NCBI GenBank assembly: GCA_017522765.1
Contig: JAFWYG010000005.1
Span: forward strand, 138,826-202,825
Source: Clostridia bacterium
GTDB taxonomy: Bacteria; Bacillota; Clostridia; TANB77; UBA1234
Length of the DNA: 64,000 nucleotides
Reading direction: 5' to 3'
This document shows positions 37,957 through 46,503 of this stretch, piece by piece. A model generated the notes under the pieces. That model was not told the DNA's origin. It saw only the letters and a program-made list of their open reading frames with translations, and made no database searches. Within the stretch, counting starts at the first letter, position 1; each line of letters starts with the position of its first letter. The translations under genes were made by a program, and so were the position numbers.

Positions 37957-39357
37957 ATGTATAAAAACGAAAAACTTGAACAATTTAAAGAATTTATAAA
38001 AGGAAAATATGTAGCTATTATGGGGATGGGTATTAGCAATACCCCCCTTATTAGATACTTAATGGATTTAGATGCAAACATTACTGTATTCGACAAAAAG
38101 AGTGAAGAAGAACTTGGTAAAGCTTTAATTGAAGAATACACTTTACAAGGAGTTAATTTCTCTTTAGGAGATGATTATTTAGAAAAATTACGTGGATATG
38201 ACGTGATTTTCAGAACTCCTGGTATGAGACCAGACTTACCTGTTATTGAAAAGGAAGTTGAAAGAGGTGCAATACTTACTTCTGAAATTGAAATGCTTAT
38301 TGAACTTTGTCCTTCAAAGGTTATTGCTATTACTGGAAGCGATGGTAAAACAACAACTACTACACTTATACATCATATTTTAAAAGAAGAGGGTCACAAT
38401 TGTTACTTGGGTGGTAATATTGGCACACCGCTATTTGCAAGAATAGATGAAATGAAACCAGAAGATATAGTAGTGCTTGAATTAAGTAGTTTCCAACTTA
38501 TGACCTTAAAAAAGAGTCCAAGTATTGCTGTAGTTACTAATGTTTCTCCAAATCATTTAGACGTACATAAATCTTATGAAGAATATATAGAAGCAAAGAA
38601 AAATATCTTTATGACTCAAGATGAGAATGGAATTGTTGTTCTTAACTATGATAACGAAATAACAAACTCATTTTCGGATGATGTTAAAGGAGAGGTAAGA
38701 TTCTTTAGTACTAAATCAAAATTAGAAAATGGTGTAATTTTAGAAGATAGCGACATTAAAATTGTAACTGATGGAAACAAAGAAACAGTTATCAATATAA
38801 ATGATATTTCTTTGCTTGGAATGCACAATATAGAAAATGCTTGTACAGCTATTTCTGCAGTTAGAGATTTAGTTTCTATAGAATCTATTAGAAAGGTTCT
38901 TTCTTCATTTAGAGGTGTTTCACATAGAATGGAGTTTGTTAGAGAACTTGATGGAGCTAAATGGTACAATGATTCTATTGGAAGCAGTCCAACAAGAACA
39001 ATTGCCGGATTAGCTAGCTTTAAAGATAAAGTTATTCTAATTGCTGGTGGGTATGATAAGCATTTAGACTATACAGATATGGGAAGATATGTTGTTGATC
39101 ATGTTAAAAAGCTTATTTTGATGGGACAAACAAAGGATAAGATAAAAGAAGCTACTCTTAAAGAGCTTGAAAAAAGAGATGGTTCTGAATTACCTATTTT
39201 TGAGTGTTCTTCATTGGAAGAAGTTATTGAAGTGGCTAGACGTGAAGCTGTTGAAGGAGACATAATATTCTTCTCTCCAGCGAGTGCAAGCTTCGATATG
39301 TTTAGAAACTTTGAAGAAAGAGGAAATAAATTTAAAGAAATCGTAAATGGCTTGTAA
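37957..39357 (+). CDS. murD: UDP-N-acetylmuramoyl-L-alanine--D-glutamate ligase
   Basis: VIAITGSDGKTTTTTLI and Mur ligase domains. The start was placed at the ATG (MYKNEK) 6 nt after SD aggagtg. Confidence 0.85.
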   Translation: MYKNEKLEQFKEFIKGKYVAIMGMGISNTPLIRYLMDLDANITVFDKKSEEELGKALIEEYTLQGVNFSLGDDYLEKLRGYDVIFRTPGMRPDLPVIEKEVERGAILTSEIEMLIELCPSKVIAITGSDGKTTTTTLIHHILKEEGHNCYLGGNIGTPLFARIDEMKPEDIVVLELSSFQLMTLKKSPSIAVVTNVSPNHLDVHKSYEEYIEAKKNIFMTQDENGIVVLNYDNEITNSFSDDVKGEVRFFSTKSKLENGVILEDSDIKIVTDGNKETVININDISLLGMHNIENACTAISAVRDLVSIESIRKVLSSFRGVSHRMEFVRELDGAKWYNDSIGSSPTRTIAGLASFKDKVILIAGGYDKHLDYTDMGRYVVDHVKKLILMGQTKDKIKEATLKELEKRDGSELPIFECSSLEEVIEVARREAVEGDIIFFSPASASFDMFRNFEERGNKFKEIVNGL

Positions 39358-39446
39358 TATACATAATTTTTAAAATAAAACTTGCAATGTTAACCATTTA
39401 AATATAAAATATAACAAGAAATACAAAAGAGAAGGGGAAATCACTT

Positions 39447-39686
39447 ATGGGAAACGTATTTAGTAAGTTTTTTGTATCTTTTGGATTGACTAAAAAGAAT
39501 AAAGGTTTGCCAGCTCCACAAGAGTTCTCTATGGGGTCTATTGAGGGACTTGACGCGCCAAATTATTCTGTAAAGCCATACAAAACGATTGCCTCATTTG
39601 ATATTAGTATAGATGAACCTAGATATACAGGGGCGATTCCTGATGCATCAATTAAGTTTTATCCTGTAAATAAAAAGAGAAAATAA
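39447..39686 (+). CDS. Small hypothetical protein (79 aa)
   Basis: SD gaaggggaaa upstream; no recognisable motif. It occupies the position upstream of rpmF where a DUF177/YceD gene often sits, but does not resemble DUF177. Confidence 0.4.
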   Translation: MGNVFSKFFVSFGLTKKNKGLPAPQEFSMGSIEGLDAPNYSVKPYKTIASFDISIDEPRYTGAIPDASIKFYPVNKKRK

Positions 39687-39703
39687 GGATTAAATTCAAA
39701 TAC

Positions 39704-39732
39704 TTGACAAAGTAAGAAAAAGAAGATATAAT
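39704..39732 (+). promoter_or_regulatory. Consensus sigma-A promoter upstream of rpmF (TTGACA-17-TATAAT)
   Basis: ttgaca aagtaagaaaaagaaga tataat. Both hexamers match consensus with 17-nt spacing. Confidence 0.7.
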
Positions 39733-39841
39733 TTCGTACGTTGACACTTAGAGTTTAGTCGTTTTACGTGTGATGATAGAGGCTAAACACTCTTAGAAAC
39801 GCACTTACATAAAAATTACCTTAAGAGGAGGGAATAGAAAG

Positions 39842-40036
39842 ATGGCACAACCAAAAAGAAGATGGTCAAAAGCTAGAACTGGATTAAGAAGATCAACTTG
39901 GAAACTTGAAAAACCAAGCCTTGCTGAATGTTCACATTGTCACGAACCAATAGAACCACACAGAGTTTGCAAAAACTGCGGTTACTATGATGGTAAAGAA
40001 GTGAAACCTGTTAAAGCTAAAAAGACAGCTGAATAA
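39842..40036 (+). CDS. rpmF: 50S ribosomal protein L32 (zinc-ribbon form)
   Basis: MAQPKRRWSKARTGLRRSTWKL...CSHCHEP...HRVCKNCGYYDGK matches the Gram-positive L32 pattern with CxxC...CxxC. SD agaggaggg upstream. A terminator lies at 40046-40078. Confidence 0.85.
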   Translation: MAQPKRRWSKARTGLRRSTWKLEKPSLAECSHCHEPIEPHRVCKNCGYYDGKEVKPVKAKKTAE

Positions 40037-40045
40037 GAATGAAGA

Positions 40046-40078
40046 AGCAACTTAAGTTCGAATTAAGTTGCTTTTTTA
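40046..40078 (+). terminator. Rho-independent terminator of rpmF
   Basis: aagcaacttaa-gttcgaa-ttaagttgctttttt. Confidence 0.8.
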
Positions 40079-40113
40079 TTAGTTATACGAATTAACATAA
40101 CGAGGTGAGAACG

Positions 40114-41424
40114 GTGAAAAGAATATATATTAAGGATGTTATTTGTGGTTCTGCAGCAGAAGAAATGGAAATTTCTGGTGGAGATTATTTGCTAACTGTA
40201 AATGGTGTAGAAATAAATGATATATTAGATTACAAATTTCAAATATTTGACGAGTTTATTACTTTGGAAATAGAAAAACCAGATGGCGAAATATGGGATG
40301 TAGAAATAGAGAAAGAAGAAAATGAAGACATTGGTCTTGTTTTTGAAGAGCAACTTATTGATAAACCTAGAAGTTGCGCTAACAAGTGTATTTTTTGCTT
40401 TATGGATCAATTGCCACCTGATGTAAGAGAAACTTTAGTATTCAAAGATGATGATTTCAGACTTTCTTTTATGACAGGAAACTATGTAACATTTACAAAT
40501 TCTGGATATAAAGATTTAGACAGGATTATTAATTATCGTTTAAGTCCTATAAATGTTTCTGTACATGCTACAGATCCTGAAGTTAGAGCAATGATGCTTA
40601 ATAATAGAAATGCTGGAAAAATATTAGATTATATTAAGTATCTTACAGATGAGGGAATACAAGTAAATGCGCAAATAGTACTTTGCCCAGGTATAAATGA
40701 CGGCGAAATATTAGATAAGACAATAACAGATTTGTCTAAGTTTTACCCGAATCTACTATCAATAGCCATTGTTCCTGTTGGACTTTCAAAGCACAGAGAA
40801 GGCTTATATAAATTAGAAGGATTTAATAAAGAAACAGCAACAGCACTTGTTGAACAAGTTGAAAAATGGCAAAAGAAGTTTAAAACAGAAACTGGTTCGA
40901 ATTTAGTATTCTGTGCAGATGAGTTCTACGTAAAATCGGAATTGCCAATACCTGAGTACGATAGATATGAAGATTTTGATCAATTAGAAGATGGAATTGG
41001 ATTGTTGGCATATTTTACTAACAATTTTAAAAATGAGCTTGCCAGAACTGAGCCAAGACCTGTAAATAAGACTGTATCCATTGCTACGGGTAAATGTTCA
41101 TATAAATTTATAAGAGAAAAAGCGGATATTTTGGAACAAACATTTAAAGGTCTAAAGATACACGTTTATGCAATAGAAAATCTATTTTTTGGTCCAGATA
41201 TAACTGTTACAGGATTAATAACCGGTGGCGACTTAATAGAAGGTTTAAAAAACAAAGAATTAGGCGAGTGTCTACTATTATCTGATAAGATGTTAAAGGT
41301 TGATGAAGATGTATTTTTAGACAACACAACGCTAGCAGAAGTAGAAGAAAAACTTAACATAAAATGCGTAAAAACTGACTCTTTAGGATGCGGTTTTATA
41401 GCTGATATTATAGGGAAAATATAA
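40114..41424 (+). CDS. Radical SAM protein with N-terminal PDZ-like domain (DUF512-type)
   Basis: CANKCIFCF is a CxxxCxxC radical-SAM cluster motif. The architecture matches the DUF512 family commonly found near rpmF/plsX. The start is placed at the GTG 6 nt after SD gaggtg; this start is uncertain. Confidence 0.6.
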   Translation: MKRIYIKDVICGSAAEEMEISGGDYLLTVNGVEINDILDYKFQIFDEFITLEIEKPDGEIWDVEIEKEENEDIGLVFEEQLIDKPRSCANKCIFCFMDQLPPDVRETLVFKDDDFRLSFMTGNYVTFTNSGYKDLDRIINYRLSPINVSVHATDPEVRAMMLNNRNAGKILDYIKYLTDEGIQVNAQIVLCPGINDGEILDKTITDLSKFYPNLLSIAIVPVGLSKHREGLYKLEGFNKETATALVEQVEKWQKKFKTETGSNLVFCADEFYVKSELPIPEYDRYEDFDQLEDGIGLLAYFTNNFKNELARTEPRPVNKTVSIATGKCSYKFIREKADILEQTFKGLKIHVYAIENLFFGPDITVTGLITGGDLIEGLKNKELGECLLLSDKMLKVDEDVFLDNTTLAEVEEKLNIKCVKTDSLGCGFIADIIGKI

Positions 41425-41585
41425 AAAATAAATATTGAAACAAAACCCTTGAACTATATATACAAACGGATTTGCAGTTTAGAAGGCTATTTATTTCGTA
41501 AAACTACAAGGAATTATATATAGTTTAAAGGGTATTTTTATGCTTGAAAGTGCTATATATGGGCGATTTTTGCAAACTAGTTATG

Positions 41586-41614
41586 TTGACAAATATTGCT
41601 AAAAGTGATAAAAT
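41586..41614 (+). promoter_or_regulatory. Consensus-like sigma-A promoter (TTGACA-17-TAAAAT) driving the GC-rich island gene
   Basis: ttgaca aatattgctaaaagtga taaaat lies in AT-rich host-like sequence. Composition switches to GC-rich within ~10 nt downstream. Confidence 0.6.
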
Positions 41615-41800
41615 AATTATGTGCTGAATATTTCTGTGCTCTTCAAACAAAGATGCCTGGTCCTTCCGGGTATTTGCTGTTTGAAAGAATGTGACGAATC
41701 TCGTTTACGTTCATTGCTTGGAACTATTCTTTGGCCCCCGCGGTTGAACCGCATCTTCATCTGGCTGCACAAAAAAAATACAACAAGGAGGAGTAATAAG

Positions 41801-42490
41801 ATGAAGAAGAGTACGTGTAAACCCGTTTGGAAGCTGGTCACTATCGTGACTGTAACCCTGGCAGCCCTGTGGCTGGTGTCCTTGATCATCCCCGGTTTGG
41901 GTATCAAGATTGGCGCCACCCTCGGCATTATCTGCTGCGCATTCAGCGTTCTTGGCGTCATCGCCTGGAAGAAGAACGTTGGTCCCATCGCGCTGCTGGT
42001 TGCTATGGTCAAGAAACTCTTTGGCAAGGCTGCCAAGAAGTCTGAGGAGAAGCCTAAGCTTCCTCCCAAGCCCGCTCAGAACGAGGCCATGAAAAAGAAG
42101 GGTCTTGTCTGGACCTGGGACGGTAACGATTGGGTGGTTGAAAAAGACCATTCTAAGGAACCTGTTCCCGCAGGCAAGAAGTATGATGCTGAGACCAACA
42201 CTTTTGTTGATGCATCTGCACCTTCTGCTCCTAAGCCTTCCGCTGACGGTCGTCCTGAGAAGCCCGTTCTGCCAAAGTCCATGAAGGACAATGGTCTTGT
42301 TTGGACCTGGAACGGAACTAACTGGGTTCCCGAGGAAGACCACAGTACTGAGCCCGTGCCGGTTGGCAAGGTTTACGACAAGGAAACCAACACCTTTGTC
42401 GAACTGGGCGATGTCTTCACCGAGGCACAAATGACGGTCATCAAGCAGATCGTCGCTGCTGAGGTGAAAAAGGCTACAAAGAAGCCTTAA
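41801..42490 (+). CDS. Small membrane protein of unknown function (229 aa) in a GC-rich island: two TM helices, then a tandem duplicated ~40-aa module GLVWTW(D/N)G(N/T)(D/N)WV...EPVP.GK.YD.ETNTFV
   Basis: ATG at 41801 is 7 nt after SD aaggaggag. The listed ORF start at 41621 lies in the leader. GC is roughly 50-55% by eye, against ~30% for the neighbours. Codons are CTG/GCC/GGC/AAG/ATC-rich. A GC-clamp terminator follows at 42524-42553. The antisense ORFs over the island are judged spurious. Confidence 0.7.
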   Translation: MKKSTCKPVWKLVTIVTVTLAALWLVSLIIPGLGIKIGATLGIICCAFSVLGVIAWKKNVGPIALLVAMVKKLFGKAAKKSEEKPKLPPKPAQNEAMKKKGLVWTWDGNDWVVEKDHSKEPVPAGKKYDAETNTFVDASAPSAPKPSADGRPEKPVLPKSMKDNGLVWTWNGTNWVPEEDHSTEPVPVGKVYDKETNTFVELGDVFTEAQMTVIKQIVAAEVKKATKKP

Positions 42491-42523
42491 ATCCCAAGCA
42501 CATCCCCGTGGAGGCATTGCTGA

Positions 42524-42553
42524 AGCGGGGGGCCCCTTCGGGGGCTTTTTTTA
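42524..42553 (+). terminator. GC-rich rho-independent terminator (GCCCC-TTCG-GGGGC + T7)
   Basis: aagcggggggcccc-ttcg-ggggc-ttttttt. Confidence 0.85.
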
Positions 42554-42633
42554 TTGCCCAAAGGGGACAACCATCTTTGGACATTCAGAAAAATGTACAA
42601 AAAAGACATCTAACTTTGCACATTTTAAAAATA

Positions 42634-42662
42634 TTTGACTTTTTTTATAAAAGATAGTATTA
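42634..42662 (+). promoter_or_regulatory. Sigma-A promoter of the pheST operon leader
   Basis: ttgact-17-tattat. Confidence 0.55.
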
Positions 42663-42689
42663 TAGTTTTAGTTTTTGACAAAGATCACA

Positions 42690-42918
42690 TATTTAGTAGT
42701 TTACATGAGTTCTTTAAAGAAAGTGAAGGTCACCGGCTGAGAGCCTTTGCAAGATAAACGTGGAAATGAATTTCGGATGTGGGAGTCTTACTAAGAAATT
42801 AGTACGTGTGAAGAGCGTTAATCTTCCTACGAGCTGTCGATTTATAAAATCGGAAGTTGGGTGGTACCGCGAGTTAATTCGTCCCAAACACATTTAATTG
42901 TGTTTGGGATTTTTGTTT
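42690..42918 (+). ncRNA. T-box riboswitch leader (Phe-specific by context) upstream of pheS
   Basis: The conserved T-box sequence aagttgggtggtaccgcg lies at 42854-42871. A terminator hairpin gtcccaaacaca-tttaatt-gtgtttggga + T-run lies at 42880-42918. AGAGA-type stem I elements (ggctgagagcc) are present. The specifier codon is not pinned down; a ttc is present in ...gaatttcgga.... Confidence 0.75.
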
Positions 42919-42961
42919 ATATAAAAATAATTATCTTTCAAATATAAAAGGAGGAAATCAA

Positions 42962-44008
42962 ATGGAAGAGAAAATTCAACTATTGAAGAAAGAACTTTTA
43001 GAAAAATTTGATTCTGTTAAAACAATGCAAGAATTAAATGATTTAAAAGTTCAATACCAAGGAAAGAAAGGTATCATAACTGAACTTAATAGTGGTATTA
43101 AGGATGTACCTGCTGAAGAAAAGAAAGAGTATGGTATGCAAGTTAATGTATTAAGAGAAGCTTTTAATACAGGTTATGAAACTATCAAAACACGTTTAGA
43201 AGAAGAAGCTGTTAATAGAAAATTAAAAGAAGAAACTATTGATATTTCTTTACCTTCTGTAAAAAACATGAGGGGTTCTAAACATCCTTTTAATAGAATT
43301 ATTGAAGAAGTTGAAGATTTATTCGTATCAATGGGATATGATGTTGTAGATGGTCCAGAACTTGAAGATGATGAACATTGCTTCAGACTTTTAAATTATA
43401 CAGTTGGACATCCAGCTCGTGACGCTCAAGATACTTTCTATATTGACGAAGAGTATTTACTTCGTACTCAAACATCTGCATCTCAATCAAGAGTTATGCA
43501 AGCTAATACAGAAAAATCTCCAATCAGAGTTATTTGTCCTGGTAAAACATATAGAAGAGATGATGATGCAACTCACTCTCATCAATTCGGACAAGTTGAA
43601 GGTTTAGTAATTGATAAAAATATTTCTCTTGCAGATTTAAAAGGAACTCTTGAAATATTTGCAAAGAAACTTTTAGGTGAAGAAACTAAAGTACGTTTCA
43701 GACCAAGTTATTTCCCATTTACATCACCATCTTGTGAAGTTGATGTTACTTGCTTCAAATGTGGAGGTAAAGGTTGTCCACTTTGTAAGAAAACAGGTTG
43801 GATAGAATTGCTTGGTGCAGGTATGGTTCATCCTAACGTTTTAAGAATGGGTGGATATGATCCAGACAAATTCACAGGATTTGCTTTCGGTACAGGTCTT
43901 GATAGACTTGCAATGTTTAGATATGCAATTCCTGATATTCGTTATATGTATACAAACGATATTAGATTCTTAAAACAATTCGATGAAACAGACGTTGAAA
44001 ATGTATAG
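42962..44008 (+). CDS. pheS: Phenylalanine--tRNA ligase alpha subunit
   Basis: Class II aaRS motifs (FRPSYFPFTSPS, GAGMVHPNVL...GFAFGTGLDRLAM). Confidence 0.9.
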   Translation: MEEKIQLLKKELLEKFDSVKTMQELNDLKVQYQGKKGIITELNSGIKDVPAEEKKEYGMQVNVLREAFNTGYETIKTRLEEEAVNRKLKEETIDISLPSVKNMRGSKHPFNRIIEEVEDLFVSMGYDVVDGPELEDDEHCFRLLNYTVGHPARDAQDTFYIDEEYLLRTQTSASQSRVMQANTEKSPIRVICPGKTYRRDDDATHSHQFGQVEGLVIDKNISLADLKGTLEIFAKKLLGEETKVRFRPSYFPFTSPSCEVDVTCFKCGGKGCPLCKKTGWIELLGAGMVHPNVLRMGGYDPDKFTGFAFGTGLDRLAMFRYAIPDIRYMYTNDIRFLKQFDETDVENV

Positions 44009-44027
44009 AAGGGAGATATAGATTGAT

Positions 44028-46391
44028 ATGAAACTAAGTCTTAATTTTTTAAGAGATTATATAAAAGTTCCTGTTGATATGGTTACTCTTGGCGAAGACA
44101 TGACAAACATAGGAAATGAATATGATAGTGCTAAAAAACTTCTTGAAGTTGAAGGTTTAACAATTGGTAAAGTTTTAGAATGCGAAATGCATCCAGATTC
44201 TGATCACCTTCATGTATGTAAAGTTGATGTTGGTACAGAAGTTTTAAATATTGTTTGTGGTGCTCCAAATGTAAGAGTGGGTATTAAAGTAATCGTTGCA
44301 TTAGTTAATGCTAAATTGCCAGGTGGAACAATTAAAAAAGGAAAAATTAGAGGTGTAGAATCTTGTGGTATGCTTTGCTCAGTTGAAGAACTTGGTTTAG
44401 AACACAAATTCTTAAAACCTGAAGATATAGAAGGTATTGCTGAACTTGGTGATGATGCTGAAATTGGCGGAGATCCAGTTAAATACCTTGGTATGGATGA
44501 TGAAGTAATTGATTTTGAACTTACTGCAAATAGAGGTGACTTACTTTCTATTTTAGGTATGGCTTACGAAGTTGCAGCTTTATATGATTTACCAATGAAT
44601 GAAGTTGATACAAACTATACAGAATCTGATGATGATTTTTCAAAGAAATTTAATTTGAAAATCGAAACAGAAAACTGCTCATTATTCTATGCTAAAAAAG
44701 TTGAAAATGTTGTAATTAAAGAAAGTCCAAAGTGGATGCAAAATAGACTTATTGCTTCTGGCATAAGACCTATAAATAACGTTGTAGATATTTCTAACTA
44801 TGTAATGTTAGAAATTGGTCAACCTTTACATTACTATGATGCAGATAGATTAGGCGATACATTAGTTGTAAGAATGGCTGAAGAAAATGAAAAGCTTACA
44901 ACACTTGATGAACAAGAAAGAACATTATCTGTAAATGATATAGTAATTGCAGATAAAGAAAAAGCTATCGGTCTTGCAGGTGTTATGGGTGGATTATCTA
45001 CAGAAGTTGAAAATGACACAAAAAATATCGTTATAGAAGCTGCTATATTCAATCCTGTTAAAGTTAGATTAACTTCTAAGAAGATTCTAAGAAGTGAAGC
45101 TAGTAACAGATTTGAAAAAGGACTAGATCCAAAGAGAACTTTACTTGCTATTGAAAGAAGTTGCGCATTATTAGAAAAATATGCTGATGCTAAAGTCGTT
45201 GGCGGTATGTGTGAATACAACACAACAAATTCTGATGATAGAGTATTAGAATTCCCAATTCAATCTGTAAGAGATATTCTTGGAATAGATGTTTCTAATG
45301 ACACAATTTATCACATCTTAAAGAGATTAAGAATTGAAGCTGAAGCTAATAACGAGAATATAATTGTAAAACTTCCTTCAAGAAGATGGGATTTACAAAT
45401 TAAAGAAGATGTAATTCATGATATCGGTCGTTACTATGGAATGGATAATATCCAAGGAAAGAAAATGATTCTTGAAGTTACACCTGGTAGCTATGATAAA
45501 TTCAAGAGATCAGCTAGAAACAAAATGGTTGAACTTGGATTAAATGAAACTTTAAGTTATGCATTAATTCCAGTTGCTGAGGTTCCTAAATATTCAACAA
45601 CAGGTTTTGAAGTTGTAAAAATATTAGACCCAATGACAGAAGAAAGAAATGCATTACGTAATAGTTTAATTCCATCATTAAAGATGGTTTATGAATATAA
45701 CAAAGCTCGTAATGAAAAAGATATTTCGTTATTCGAAATAGGAAAGAGCTTCCACAAGATTAATGGTCAATATGGTGAACACCTATCACTTGCTGCTTTA
45801 ATGACAGGTGTATATACAGTAGGTCTTGAAAAGAAAGTAGTAGACTTCTATGTACTTAAAGGTGTTATGGAAGAATTACTTGATTACTTAGGATTCAAGA
45901 ATAGATATTCTTTAGTAGTTGAAGATATTCCTGCTGAATTACATCCGGGTCAAGCTGCAAGCATCGTAGTAGATGGTAAGAAATTAGGTATAATCGGAAA
46001 GATTCATCCAAACATAACAAAAGATAATGTATATGTTATGGAATTAAATCTTGAAGAGTTAAGTACTGCAAATCATGAGAATATGAAATATAAAGAAATT
46101 TCTAAATTCCCTAACGTCTCTAAAGACGTAGCATTCGTTGTATCTAAAGATGCTAAATCATCAGATATCGAAGCTATCATTAGAAAAGCTGCAGGTAAGA
46201 AATTAATTGGACTTGAAGTATTTGATGTTTATGAAGGTGTTAACGTAGGTGAAGGTAAAAAATCTATTGCTTATTCATTAACATTTAATGATAAAGAGAA
46301 AACTTTAAGTGATGAGGAGGTTCTTACAATATTTAATAAGGTTATTGAAAAAGTAACAAGTGAATATGAAGCAACAGTAAGAGATTCTTAA
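44028..46391 (+). CDS. pheT: Phenylalanine--tRNA ligase beta subunit
   Basis: 787 aa; tRNA-binding N-terminal domain, B3/4, B5 and FDX-ACB domains; immediately downstream of pheS. Confidence 0.9.
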   Translation: MKLSLNFLRDYIKVPVDMVTLGEDMTNIGNEYDSAKKLLEVEGLTIGKVLECEMHPDSDHLHVCKVDVGTEVLNIVCGAPNVRVGIKVIVALVNAKLPGGTIKKGKIRGVESCGMLCSVEELGLEHKFLKPEDIEGIAELGDDAEIGGDPVKYLGMDDEVIDFELTANRGDLLSILGMAYEVAALYDLPMNEVDTNYTESDDDFSKKFNLKIETENCSLFYAKKVENVVIKESPKWMQNRLIASGIRPINNVVDISNYVMLEIGQPLHYYDADRLGDTLVVRMAEENEKLTTLDEQERTLSVNDIVIADKEKAIGLAGVMGGLSTEVENDTKNIVIEAAIFNPVKVRLTSKKILRSEASNRFEKGLDPKRTLLAIERSCALLEKYADAKVVGGMCEYNTTNSDDRVLEFPIQSVRDILGIDVSNDTIYHILKRLRIEAEANNENIIVKLPSRRWDLQIKEDVIHDIGRYYGMDNIQGKKMILEVTPGSYDKFKRSARNKMVELGLNETLSYALIPVAEVPKYSTTGFEVVKILDPMTEERNALRNSLIPSLKMVYEYNKARNEKDISLFEIGKSFHKINGQYGEHLSLAALMTGVYTVGLEKKVVDFYVLKGVMEELLDYLGFKNRYSLVVEDIPAELHPGQAASIVVDGKKLGIIGKIHPNITKDNVYVMELNLEELSTANHENMKYKEISKFPNVSKDVAFVVSKDAKSSDIEAIIRKAAGKKLIGLEVFDVYEGVNVGEGKKSIAYSLTFNDKEKTLSDEEVLTIFNKVIEKVTSEYEATVRDS

Positions 46392-46503
46392 AAATATGAA
46401 GAGGCCTGTAAGATGTATAAGCGGGCTTCTTTTTATATTGATGTCTTAATATAATTGAATTAAAATAGGTTAGGCACACAATATAGAAAAGCGAGGGAAA
46501 AGT

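Noticed and set aside
41621-42517. Minus-strand 268-aa ORF (41711-42517), the + strand listed start at 41621, and other short ORFs across the GC-rich island
   Set aside because: High-GC DNA generates long stop-free antisense frames. The + strand ATG at 41801 has a good SD, its product has coherent TM and repeat architecture, and 41621-41800 is better explained as leader. The antisense translation is Arg/Leu/Gly-rich without features.
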